A stretch of 64,000 nucleotides of DNA from Mytilus californianus. Its lineage: Eukaryota. Below are positions 13,300 to 24,905 of the stretch, one piece after another. The notes below the pieces were generated by a model. It worked only from the letters and a program-made list of their open reading frames with translations. It was not told the DNA's origin and did not search any database. The first letter of the stretch is position 1. Every line of letters starts with the position of its first letter. A program made the translations under genes and the position numbers. The DNA is taken from assembly GCF_021869535.1 (NCBI RefSeq), contig NW_026262679.1, forward strand, positions 112,034,001-112,098,000. The letters are read 5' to 3'.

Positions 13300-13765
13300 C
13301 GACAAACAGTTGACATTTCCATTGGAACAAGCTGTGCTTTTCTTCTTGTCGACTTGTTCATATATTCATATGAGCCAGAATTCATACAGGAACTCCTTAG
13401 AAAGTATGGAAAGAAGCTTGCATTATCCTTTAACTTCATGTTCCGCTATATTGATAATGTCCTGTCATTTGATAATTCAATGTTTGGTGACTATGTTGAA
13501 TGCTTCTTTCTCACCAAACATAACGTAAAAGATACAACAGATACCGTATAGTCTGCCTCATATCTTGACTTACAGCTTGAAATACTTACGAGTTGGTTGA
13601 CCGTATATGTTTAAAAAATGACAATGGATATGTTCCAGTTGTTGTAGACACAATCCCGTCCTCTTTTCCCTGAATGTGACCTACCAAATTAGATTTTTAC
13701 TATATTAGCAACGCGACGGCTGCAACATGTGGAGGAGGATCTGCCTACCTTTCCGGAGCACCACT
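13300..13765 (+). pseudogene. Family-2 PLE RT fragment joined to its 3' terminal repeat
   Basis: FIYSYEPEFIQELLRK..FNFMFRYIDNVLS..KDTTDTV..ASYLDL, followed by the cccgtcctcttttccctgaatgtgacc repeat. Confidence 0.8.
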
Positions 13766-14149
13766 TTTTCTTTTGTTTTGTTTTGACCAATTAAAACTTT
13801 CATTCAAGTAATAAATTCAAATAAAAATAGAATTTCAAATTAATATGTTAATCACCAACTGTTCAGTAAGTATTGTGATTTATGTGATATTTTTCTACTG
13901 TTTGACAGCATTTGAAGACGCCGTTGCATCTCCGCACCTCTTTTAGTCGTGAAAAGTATAAAAAATAAGCAGATGTGGTATGATTGCTAATGATACAACT
14001 ATCCACCATAGATCAAATGAAGTGGATATTAGCTATTATTAGTGATGCGCAAAGATCAGAAACACAGTATTGGCAGTATTTGGCCACAGCTTTATTACAA
14101 ACTACACAATAATAAACACAAATAACTAGATAAACAGTTGAGATATATA

Positions 14150-15058
14150 CAGTCAGCAGGGTTTAAGAACATTTGTTGTTCGACCTGTTAGTCAAATGCG
14201 TTTTGTCAAAATATACTTTTTCACTTTTTTGGTCTTTTGGAAAATGTTGTTTGTGCTGTATTTAGACCCCTCTAACAAGAAATTTGTTTTGCATGCACAC
14301 GTATAAAAATTGCGGTTTTTATCCAACGCAATCATAGGTTTGAACGTTGTTTTCAATTTAGACTTGTTTATATTTTTTCGTTTGGGCTTGTATTATATTT
14401 GCCTTCGGGTTTATATGATCCGTTCATCCTATTTTGACTCGTCAAAATTCGAGAGTCTATCCCAAATTGAGGTAAATTGTATGGCTTTCCAAATACCGTT
14501 TCGATTCCTAACATCACTGAAGAGACATTTATTGTCGAAATCCGGATATGGTGTACAAAAACCTTTGCACCTTTTGTTTGCGGTATACCATCTTTTCCTC
14601 AAGTTTATTGTTTTCTGTCTAGTATTTAATTTATAATTAAGATCCATTTATTACATCGGTGATCCGTTTATTTGGCAATCGCCAATGGCAGTCAGCAGGG
14701 TTTAAGAACATTTGTTGTTCGACCTGTTAGTCAAATGCGTTTTGTTAAAATATACTTTTTCACTTTTTTGGTCTTTTGGAAAATGTTGTTTGTGCTGTAT
14801 TTAGACCCCTCTAACAAGAAATTTGTTTTGCATGCACACATATAAAAATTGCGGTTTTTATCAAACGCAATCATAGGTTTGAACGTTGTTTTCAATTTAG
14901 ACTTGTATATATATATATATATTTGGTCTTTTGGAAAATGTTGTTTATGCTGTATTTAGACCCCCCTAGCAAGAAATTTGTTTTGCATGCACACGTATAA
15001 AAATTGCGGTTTTTATCCAACGCAATCATAGGTTTGAACGTTGTTTTCAATTTAGACT
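14150..15058 (+). mobile_element. 539-bp hammerhead-bearing unit present as a 1.4-mer plus a partial third copy
   Basis: 14150-14367 recurs at 14689-14906 (offset 539, about 3 differences). A partial copy 14922-15058 follows a (TA)n spacer. All three blocks end at caatttagact. A hammerhead lies in the unique part. Confidence 0.85.
14511..14554 (+). ncRNA. Minimal type I hammerhead ribozyme, family 2, core intact
   Basis: Stem I acatca(14511-16)/tggtgt(14549-54), CUGAAGA, stem II Gaca-tttat-tgtC, GAAA, palindromic stem III UCCGGA. Predicted cleavage after AUA at 14548. Confidence 0.85.
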
Positions 15059-15499
15059 ATTTATATAGTACATAGATAATTTAATGAACGTAGTTACCTT
15101 ACTACAAAAAGATAACTAGATAACTAGCTAGATAACTAAATATTTACAATAAATGAAGCATCCAATAAAATGAAACCTGGGATACAGAGATTCATAATTT
15201 TTTGTGTGGTGGGTCCTTAGATACAGAGACACCCAATATCAAATGTTTCGGATGCTAAATGAAATATGAGACAAAATGACGCATATTTAAAGGAAACGCA
15301 GCGAAATGTGCCAAATTGACCAAGGCAGTCATAATTGACTGACGGGTCAACCGCCATTTAAAGCGGATAGAGCTGCGTACAAGCTGTGTGCCAAATAAAA
15401 TAATAATTAAAAAAATATATAGAAGAGCTATAAATATCTAAAAACTGAATTCAAATGAATGTCATACAATTTCATGATTTACATTCGGGAAAGTATGTG

Positions 15500-15990
15500 G
15501 TGAGTAGACAAGGAAGTCATCTAAAGCGCCTTGAATTGTGTTTGGAAAAAATGTAATTACCAATATCAGTCAAATACCATCTCGACAGATATATCTGGGT
15601 ATCGAATGTAATGTCCCCCTTGGCGAATGATATAACTAGCTAGCGAGCTGTTTATTTTTTGCCTGACTCTATTCATTGCTTCTGTATCAGCGGAGTAACT
15701 CCAGGTTAGTCTTGGCAAAATTTGTGACCATACCAATGTGGTATTCAGTAAAAGTTCTGAAACTTTCTTCTAAATCATTTCCCCCTATGTGTAAAACTAG
15801 ATAAGTGGGGGGGGGGGGGGGGGTTCCTCATATCGAAGGATCATCTTGATCCTATTTAGTAGATCATTAAGCCTCATTCCGCTTTTACCTAACCACCACA
15901 GCCGAATTTCATTTTGATCTAGTCCAAAATCTTGTTCTAGCTTGAATAAATGCATTTTTTCATCAAGGAGGAATCAACAATCCAAATTGT
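15500..15990 (-). pseudogene. SGNH/GDSL-type hydrolase domain of the Ngaro element, frameshifted
   Basis: Blocks IWIVDSS (about 15968-15987), WWLGKSGM, LVLHIGGNDL (15771-15800), VWSQILPR, and DG..LTDIGNYIF with the His codon lost. A G17 run at 15807-15823 breaks the frame. Confidence 0.7.
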
Positions 15991-16079
15991 AATTGGTGAA
16001 CCTGCAATTCTTAAATAGCGGTTAGTCCCACCAAAGTGATTGCAAGTTCATTTCACAAAATTATAAATAAATCGAACAG

Positions 16080-16980
16080 TTATAGACATTGTTGTATTCG
16101 AATATATGAACGAAATGAATCAGACTTCCACCTACCCATGGCCTGAATTTCAGAATCAGATAAGCCATTCATGGCAGCGCTTGTGGCAGCACCTATCCTG
16201 AAGGAATGAGAACTATATTTTCCTTGACTTAAACCCAAAATATTCATTGACTTTTTTAGGACTCCCGAAAATTAGTATCTAGTGATAGGAGTTCCATCAA
16301 AATGACAAAACAATTGACCAGCGACATTTGGTCTTATTTTTAAGTAATTACGTAAAGCAAAAACTGGATAAACATCACTAGGCCTATCATCAATAACAAT
16401 TGTGGTTCCTGTACAGCACTGGTCAGTCTTATATGCACGTAAGCGGATTTCAATACTAGATAGATTTATCTTAATGTCTTTATAATCAAGTTCATGGGAT
16501 TTGGGTTGAGGCGTGTTTTTGGTCAGTGGTTAGTTCGCCAACTCTAAGGAAACCAAAAAAAGCCAAAGAGAACGAAGCTTGGAAGAGTTTTGTTTCAAAA
16601 TCATTATGACAAACAGCAGGTAGAACGTTATAAATCTTTGACAATAAATCGCACGAAATGGATAACCTAGCGTCCTTTGGTCTACGCTGAGAACGCTTCA
16701 TTCCTTCGAGGAGCTTTCTGACAACAAAAGCATTAAAACAGTCAGTATAATTATTAATCTTACTGAAAAAACTCAACCCAGATAAATACGATTTGACAGT
16801 TGATGCCGCAGTTCCAGTGAATGACATATAGGCAATATAGTTAGTTATGTGATGTAAAGGAATAGGCCATAGATTTTCGAATTGGAATAAGACCCTGAAA
16901 TCTTTAAATGACCGTAAAGCTTGTTGGTATACCTTTGCCGTATTAGGTGCAACTGCTGATACAATAAGCCGGTCAATTTC
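16080..16980 (-). pseudogene. Tyrosine recombinase (YR) of the Ngaro element
   Basis: SAVAPNTAKVY..FFGFLRVGEL..(frameshift near 16495)..YKTDQ..(premature TAA)..SHSFRIGAAT..MGRWKSDSFRSYIR, stop at 16080-82. Catalytic R, HxxR, W and Y residues are present. Confidence 0.92.
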
Positions 16981-16999
16981 AGTTTGGAGATCAGGTCTG

Positions 17000-17444
17000 T
17001 GAACTCCTGAGGGATTATTTCTGGTGTTTCCTCCGCCAATGGTGCTAACCTTCTGAATTTGTCTAAATGAAAGCGAGAGAGATCGTCAGCTATTTTATTT
17101 TTGGCACCTACAATATGTTTTGCCTTGAACTGAATGGTGTAATGCATGGTACGCAACACGAATGGTCGAATTATTGACATTACCCGTTTTGATTTTGATG
17201 TTCTCTTGTTTAGTATATCTACCAACGCGATGTTGTCTGTACGAAACAAAATCTTACTATTTTTCAAAAGAGGAGCCCATATACAAAGTGCTAGAAGTAT
17301 AGGAACTAATTCCAAAAATGTTATGTCTTGTAAAATGTTTAATCCTACCCACGAATCTGGCCATTTGAACTGTACCCTTTTTCCGTTAAAGTAAGATCCA
17401 CAACCAAGTTCAGCACTGCCTGCACTATCAGTAAATAGTTGCAA
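17000..17444 (-). CDS. DIRS-type RNase H domain
   Basis: LFTDSAG..ITFLELVPI..FRTDNIALV..HIVGAKNKIADDLSR, giving the D-E-D-D catalytic set. Confidence 0.88.
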
Positions 17445-17517
17445 AATATCACTATCTGTTCAATTAAGACCAATAATATAAGAATCTCCGTTAAAGATTT
17501 TAAGAATTCTAACCATA

Positions 17518-19130
17518 TCATGATGTCCTCTCGAATTTCAGAGGTAATTCGAACTCAGAAAATGGTTTCTTGACCCTAAATGATGCAATAACATCATAAA
17601 ATCTCCGCAAAAATGCTCTAGAGGATGGCACAGCACGTGAACAAAAAGCTAATAGCCCAACTAGAGACTCGAGATCCTTAAATTTAATCTTCCGCTTTAT
17701 TGCCATTGGTTGAAGGTGAGAATGTAATTTGATAAGCTTGGCCACTGGAATACGAACGACCATATCAACTGTGTCTATTTCTAAGCCAAGAAAAGTAAAT
17801 CTTGTAGTAGGATGTATTGTTGTGTCCTCGGCTATAGGCACGCCTAGCTCATTACAAAGTTCAGTAAAGGTGTTCATTAAAACCAAGCAGTCATCCGAAT
17901 TTGCAGAACCACCGAATATAAAATCATCTAAACAATGCTTAACTGAATGCCTACTAGAAGATAAAACAACCAACCAATGCAGGAATGTAGAGAATTTTTC
18001 GAACAAGGCGCAAGCAATAGAACAACTGAATGGAAGGGATTTGTCCACATAAAAATTACCATCAAAATATATTCCAAGTAAATCAAAATCACCTGAAGAA
18101 ATAGGCAAAAGACGAAAAGCGGACTTTATGTCCTGAACCCCAAGGCTGGCCCCCTTGCCAAGAGATGACATCATGTCAATTACTTCATCAAAGGGTGTGT
18201 ACTTTACAGATGTTTCATTGGGATTGACAGAGTCATTGACACAGCAACCGTTTGGAAAAGACAAGTGCATTATAGGAAAATGGCAATTGTTATCGTATAG
18301 ATTGTTTCTGTGTGTGTTGCATTGTTGTTTGTTGTTTGTTCATTTCAATGTTTCTATTGTTTCGTTGTCCAAATGTACTATATTGTATTGTTTATTTGCG
18401 TAATTCTCTGTCCGTAATGTTGTACTGTATTCATGTCATGTTATGGTGTCATTTTAGTGTTATATTTAACATTGCCATAAAAGTGCGAGGTTTTGCTAGC
18501 CACAAAACCAGGTTCAACCCACCATGTTTTCTTAAAATGTCCTGTACCAAGTCAGGAAAATGGCCATTGTTATATTATAGTTCGTTTCTGTGTGTGTTGC
18601 ATTCTAGTGTTCAGTTTCTGTTGTGTCGTTGTTCTCCTCTTATATTTGATGTGTTTCCTTCAGTTTTAGTTTGTAACCCGGATTTGTTTTTTTCTCAATC
18701 GATTTATGAATTTCGAATAGCGGTATACTACTGTTGCCTTTATTTATAAGCCTAAAACTCCCATCAGATTTATTGACCAATCCAATTGGTGAAGTGCGCA
18801 AGGTTGATATAGGCATTTTTTTAAAAAAAGACCACACATTCTACCTAAAGTAATTTCTTTATTTAAGTTCGAATGCGTTTCTGTCTAAAGCAGTTCAGCT
18901 GATTTGAGATGTTTTTAAATAAAAGCAGTTCTAGGACCGGAATATTGAAGACTTAAACCATTCCCGAAACCATCCAATAACAATGAAGAAGTTTTAGAGT
19001 CTGGGTAATATTTTAAGTATTTTTCTTAACAAGCAACCTTAATAGGTGTTCTGCCTAATTCCCATAAAGCGTCCATTTGGTCTTTGAGATTGATAATTTG
19101 GTCTTGGAAAACGAACATTAGACCTTGGTC
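17518..19130 (-). pseudogene. DIRS/Ngaro reverse transcriptase, interrupted by a 469-bp insertion
   Basis: ..SPIGLVNKSDGSFRLI | MHLSFP..QDIKSAFRLLPI..YVDKSLPFSCS..KHCLDDFIF (YxDD mutated to CLDD)..FLGLEID..SLVGLLAF. Confidence 0.9.
18275..18743 (+). mobile_element. HINE-like non-autonomous insertion inside the Ngaro RT
   Basis: Removing it restores FRLIMHLS in frame. Flanked by TTATA at 18270-74 and 18744-48. Its 3' 300 bp matches 40110-40400. Confidence 0.85.
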
Positions 19131-19152
19131 TAGTGAATCTTAGACCACTGAA

Positions 19153-19955
19153 TCAAAGTTCAGTCCTAGTTTGACTGGACATTTGCCCATGAAACTGGTT
19201 TTGCTTAACACAACTTATAATTGAATGATGCAGACCACAACGCAAGCAAGAATGATTGTAGATACAATAATGCTTGTTACATATGCCGTCGAAATTAAAA
19301 CTGTAACATCTTAGTGTAGTAGCTGTTTGGTTTGTGTAAAAAGCGCGATTATTTGAGGCATGATTTGTGGCCTCGCCCTCCGGTTGAACCGATGCGGACT
19401 GCATATACCACATCCAGTTTTCCGAATCTAATATACCCCAAGACCCACTTGGGTCTCTAGCTTTTTTCATAATATTTCCAACCGATACCTCCATGACGTC
19501 TGGCTCCTTTTCGAACAGAAGTAATGTACTTTACAAGTTCTTGGAATTTATGGGGATGCACAGAACAATATATACTCATATAAATAAGAAAGGCATCGGA
19601 CCAAATTTCAATGTTTGTGATCTTTGTTTGAGGCAAAACTGGATTAATGACAAGTTGCCCTTGTTCATATGTAACTTTTTGCTTGTCATTATCAATGACA
19701 GAGTTGTGCAATAGAAGAGCCAAGTCATCGTCATGCAAGGCTATGCGAGTAAGTAGGTGTTTGCATGAAAATTAAATGATCTTCACTAATTGCATTACCT
19801 GGTCGATTTGTAACAACTGATGTAGGGTCCATTACTGCTACTCCTCCTGAAGTTGAGGGATGGTTAGGGACTGGATCTGGTACTATTGGAGGCTGTGTTT
19901 CCTCTTGTCGGATAGTAGCTTCGAATGTTGAAGTTTTTGTAGAGGCTTTCCGCAT
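19153..19955 (-). pseudogene. Gag-like ORF1 of the Ngaro element with a Cys/His knuckle, frameshifted
   Basis: IEIWSDAFLIYMSIY..LVKYITSVR..GWKYYEK..WGILDSENW..CYSFNFDGICNKHYCIYNHSCLRCGLHHSIISC across ORFs 19731-19955, 19457-19738 and 19153-19494. Confidence 0.75.
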
Positions 19956-20065
19956 TTTCCTTTACCCTCTTGTGTTCATCTTATCTATAACTATAAGAAT
20001 ATAATTGAACAAACAAACAATATTGCTTTATACTATAAGTGAAGTATTTATTAAATAGCGACCTA

Positions 20066-21720
20066 AATATAAAAAAGAAGAGGTGGTATGATTGCCAATG
20101 AGACAACTCTCCACAAGAGACCAAATGACACAGAAATAAACAACTATAGGTCACCGTACGGCCTTCAACAATGAACAAAGCCCATACCGCACAGTCAGCT
20201 ATAAAAGGCCCCGAAATGACAATGTCAAACAATTCAAAAGAGAAAACTAACGGCCTAATTTATGTACAAAAAATGAACGAAAAACAAATATGTAACACAT
20301 AAACAAACGACAACCACTGAATTACAGGCTCCTGACTAAGGACAGGCACATACATACAGAATGTGCGGGGTTAAACATGTTAGCGGGATACCAACCCTCC
20401 CCTAACCTAGGACAGTGGTGTAACAGTACAACATAAGAACGAACTATAAAAATCAGTTGAAAGAGGCTTAACTCATCAGATGGATAAAAATACAAATACT
20501 ACAAATACAAGTGGACGTGGCCGGGTACTTGTACACCCAAACAACAAAAAGACACTAAGTGCAGACCTGAGAGTACTCGCAGTTACAGACAGCTAGTTTT
20601 AAGCCACTATCAACTAATAAAACAAAAAATTCATGCATCTAAGACTAAATTATCAATCCGTACACATCCAACATCCAATGGATTAAGTCTAAAGACGTCA
20701 TAAACAGTCAGAGATAAACATGACCTTGTGCAATGTCAAGATACAGGTATCGACAGATTTTAGATCCATGAGTGTGTATATGTATATAACAATAATATTT
20801 AGTTTGCTTTTAATTTACTGATAACAAAATCAATATCAGTACCAATAAAAACAATATTTAATGATCTAATTACAGTGTTGAATTGGTAACCTTTAGAATA
20901 AGTTTATTTAAAGGATCGATAAGTTTACCAGGATCGTTTCTAAATTTCCGGGCACGGTAAACAATATTGCCGTAAAAATGAGGATGTGCAATCCCGTTTA
21001 AAATAAGTTTTCTACAGGTACAACTAAACTTCAAGACCAAATCTGTATATCTGTGGAAGAATTAAGTAAAGGTTTTAAGTAATTTGTGGTAACGAAATCC
21101 CTGGCTTAATAATTTACCAGTTATACATAGATTACGTTCTTTAAAATCAAAAACGTCACAACAGACACGGGCATAGCGAACAAGTTGTGAAATATATACA
21201 CCGTAAGATGGTGCCAAAGGAACATCACCATCCAAAAAGGGAAAATTAACAATAGGGAACGAAAAATCGTCCCTTTTGTCGTAAGTTTTAGTGTGGAGTT
21301 TCCCGTGTAAAACCGAAATATCTAAATCTAGGAAAGGACAGTTGTTACCGTTTAAATTTGATTTATTTAAAGTAAGTTCCTTTGGGTAAATTTCGGCAGT
21401 ATATTGAGAAAATTCTTGATTATTTAACGAAAAAATATCATCAAGATAATGGTAAGTGTTGTTGAATTTATCAATTAAATGCAATTTAGACGGGTCTTTA
21501 CTGAGTTTTGTCATAAACTGTGATTCATAACAGTACAAAAACAAGTCTGCTATTAAAGGGGCACAATTAGTGCCCATAGGATTACCTACAACCTGTCGAT
21601 AAACTTTGCTGCCGAAACGTACATAAATATTATCAAGGAGAAAATAAACAGCTTCAATCATCTCATCACACCTCCAGTAAGTATATCTAGCATATTTACC
21701 TTTCTCATTAGGTAAAGTTC
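20066..21720 (-). mobile_element. Naiad copy B, 5'-truncated: RT C-terminal half plus complete 3' UTR
   Basis: YTYWRCDEMIEAVYFLLDNIYVRFG..PMGTNCAP..YHYLDDIF..YDKRDDFSFPIVNFPFL, ending VISKLKAN* (stop 20799-801 after one nonsense change and one frameshift). Closely similar to the copy A RT. Confidence 0.92.
20638..20714 (-). promoter_or_regulatory. Candidate SECIS element (form 2) in the Naiad 3' UTR
   Basis: Minus strand: tctgact-gttt-ATGA-c-gtctttagac-tt-AA-tcca-ttggatgt-tgga-t-gtgtacggat-t-GA-taattt-agtc-ttaga. Helix I, the AUGA/GA quartet, a 10-bp helix II (8 pairs including 2 GU), an AA bulge and an apical ministem can all be drawn by hand. Confidence 0.65.
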
Positions 21721-21829
21721 ATTGACGCCTATAACCAAGTACGCTAACCTTTCAATGTCATAAATAAAATATTTGGTTTACTATACACAAATGTCGGTCA
21801 GCGTACGATAACAAAAAACTAATCTAGCC

Positions 21830-22537
21830 TAATCTATAACAAAACAATTTACGAAAACCGATATGACAAACATGAACCAACGACAACCCTCCTGACTTGG
21901 GACAGGCTGATAAAGAATGTGGCGGGGTGGGCGCTAAACCCTCCACTAACATGCGATAGTTTAATAACAGAACAACATAAGAACAAGTTGTAAATATCAG
22001 ATGCAATCGGCTTAACTCAAACGATCGGTAATAGGAAAAAACCAACATAAACACAATAGACACACAGAGCACCATTATGACATTACTTGCAGTAACTGAA
22101 AGCTAGACTTGTGTAAATTGAATAATTGATTATTGCTTGCTAACAAGTGTGAACTGTTTTATATAGAGGGTGAAAACACAATATATCAAATAGAAAGTAT
22201 AAAAAAAGAAGATGTTGTAGGATTGCCAATGAGACAAGTCTCAACCAGAGACCAAATGATATAGAAGTTAACAAATGTAGGTCACCAAACGGCCTTCAAC
22301 AATGAGCAAAACCCATACCGCATAGTCAGCTATAAACGAACGGCCTGATTTATGTACAAGACAATTAACGAAAAACAAATATGATATACAGCAACAAACG
22401 ACAACAACTGAATTACAGGCTCCTGACTTTGAACAGTCACATACAGAATGTGGCGGGATTAAACAATTTTGCTGGCGCCAAACCCTTCTCCTAACCTGGG
22501 ACAGTGATGTAATAGTACACCATTAGAACAAACTATA
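21830..22537 (-). repeat. Two further partial copies of the family-1 3' UTR repeat
   Basis: 21830-22080 and 22198-22537 match segments of 20066-20480 in the same orientation. Confidence 0.75.
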
Positions 22538-23075
22538 AGGTAATGTAAATTGTGTCGACTAGGATGAATTTAGACTATCATAGGAAATAAAGGTCATATC
22601 AAATAAGAGGAGACATTAGTCTTGCAAGGCCAGTAAAAATATATTAACACAAATACCGAAGTCTAAAGTAAATGAAAAAAGGGGGAGCTAAAAAAACCTG
22701 ACAAAAACCAAGCGCTTGACTATATCAACCAATGGAACGATTGAAAAACAACTATCATGTAAATGAACGATTTCTTCAACGTTTTGCTCCAATGAATCTT
22801 TACCGTGCAGATAGTCTTGCACTCATCATGCAATCTTGATAGTTTTCGTATTGGCACTCATAACACTTCTTTTTATTTTAATATCGGTATCCTATTGGAA
22901 CATTAAAACTGCTAACGTAGACGTTGTTCCTTCCTTAACTCTTATATTTGCCACTGAAGAAGATCTCTTAATATCTTTTTGTTAATTGTGGCAGTAACGT
23001 GTAACCTTCTTCTTTTGTTGCTTTTTATATTCATACATCATCTTATCAACAAAGTACAAAAAAATAAAATCGTAA

Positions 23076-23152
23076 GCACTCACAAAGTGAAAAAAAACAA
23101 GATCATGTGCACTCACAAAGTAGAAAAAACAAGATCATGTGCACTCATAAAG
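23076..23152. repeat. Short tandem repeat, 32-33 bp x about 2.4
   Basis: The unit gcactcacaaagt..aaaaaacaagatcatgt starts at 23076, 23109 and 23141. Confidence 0.85.
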
Positions 23153-23539
23153 TTCAATTATGTAATTGAAATTAAGAATAAATGAAAGTAATAAATCGTG
23201 TCTCAAACTGTGAATATATATTGATCTTCTTAATTCACGGCGCAATTACTCATCAAAATCAGTGTAATTGTAATCCTTATTAACATGTCAATGAAGCCAG
23301 AAAACAGATCTAGAGAAGTGAATACCGAAACTACTCCGCACTGTTAACATTGTAATTTTATCCATAATGGTTTATTTCGATGTGAAATTAAATAAAATCT
23401 ACTTTCGCCAAAGTAAAAACATATTAACCGTAAATATAACACAAACACACACACATATGTAAGGACATGCACACACTCTCAGTTAAAACAATATTGCAGA
23501 GCTTGTGATTCCATACAGGGTTTCCTTGATAAAGGACTG

Positions 23540-24905
23540 CAACTAACTATGGATCTACATAATCAAGGGTTACGAATGGTAATTTTGAACTCATCGATAG
23601 AAAATTTTAAGACGCCATACGAATATTTATATCATAGATCACAACCGATTAATTCCATATGTATCGTAACCAAACTCCCGACCAACTTATCATGCTTACG
23701 ACATTTACCAAATGTGACTTATTACCGGATAAGTACACGACCTGAGCCGCAACTGATAACCCTTCCGGACATCTGTGTTCACCTCTTGGTTTAAGTGAGC
23801 TTTGTATTGGTCCATACTGTGCAGTCTTTTGAAATTGGTGACTATTATTTGAATTTTCGTGTTTTATTTTTTTTATACAATGGCGGTGTCTGTGCTTTGA
23901 CTTTTGATTTGAATGCCCGCTCTGAATAGTTTTACTTCTATGCATTGATGGGAATGTAAACTAATGCGTATTTTTCATTTGAACAAAGATTTCCTTTCTT
24001 TTGACATACATTTTTTTGTAGCTATCTTGATTTGACCATTTTTGATTAGAGCTCCAGGAAACCGATTACGAATATTGTACGTAATTGTACGGACGCCATC
24101 ACGAGTTGGTTGACCGTTATGGAATATCCGTTTCACAGATGATAGCGGATATATTTCAATTGTCGTAACTACAATCCCGTCCCCCTTTCCCCGAATGTGA
24201 CCTACCGAATTAGAATTATTACCGGGTTTGTACTTACACGAGCAACACGATGGGTGCCACATGTGAAGTAGGATCTACTTACCCTTCCGGAGCACCTGAT
24301 ATCACCCCCAATTTTGGTTGGGTTTTGCTCAGTCTTTAGTTTTCTATGTTGTGTTATGTGTACTGTTGTTTGTCTGTTGGTCTTTTTCTTTTTTAGCCAT
24401 AGAGTTGTCAGTTTATTTTTGACTTATATGTTTGAATGTCCCTGTGGTATCTTTTGCCTTTCCCTTGTAAATGTACAGGTCAATTTTCAAAATTCATGTA
24501 TTAACTTAAGCATTTGAAAATTTTAAATTAGTGTTAAAAGGAAGGCGAAATATACCAAAGGGATATTTCAACTGATAAGTCGAAAATAAACTGACAATGT
24601 ATGGAAAAAAACAAAAAACAAAAGACAAACAACAGTAAACAAAAAATAGAAAATGTAAGACTGGGCAACATGAACATCACCAAAAACATGAGGTGATCTT
24701 AGGTGCTCCGACAGAGTAAGCGGATCCTGCTCCATATGTGGCACCGGTCGTGTTAGTCATGAAAGTACAAACCCGGTGATAAGTCTAATTCGGTAGGTCA
24801 AATTCGAGGAAAAGAGGACGGGATTATGGTTACGACAATTAAAACATATTCGTTGACATCTCTGAAACAGAAATCTCATAACGGTTAACCAACTCGTAAT
24901 GGTTT
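23540..24905. repeat. Cluster of three family-2 PLE 3'-end remnants (23540-23800 +, 24075-24470 +, 24540-24905 -)
   Basis: RT C-terminus remnants (QGLRMVILNSS; YGRHHELVDRYGISVSQM) each run into the shared terminal repeat. Confidence 0.75.

Larger units (their letters stand above)
15500..19980 (-). mobile_element. Ngaro/DIRS-type tyrosine-recombinase retrotransposon, near full length, pseudogenised
   Basis: Collinear minus-strand gag-like ORFs, RT, RNase H, YR and an SGNH hydrolase remnant, with no methyltransferase domain seen. Terminal split repeats could not be delimited by eye. Confidence 0.9.

Noticed and set aside
15807-15823. G17 homopolymer as a functional G-quadruplex or programmed frameshift site
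   Set aside because: It is more simply a slippage expansion (or sequencing error) of Pro codons in an already dead hydrolase frame.
17146-18052. Plus-strand ORFs 17146-17394 and 17729-18052, and similar antisense ORFs over PLE RT fragments
   Set aside because: They are shadow ORFs opposite genuine RT or RNase H coding sequence.
20455-20490. CTGATGAG on the minus strand in the Naiad 3' UTR as a possible hammerhead
   Set aside because: No GAAA box follows a stem II and no stem I or III can be drawn; the related copy near 59850 lacks the motif.
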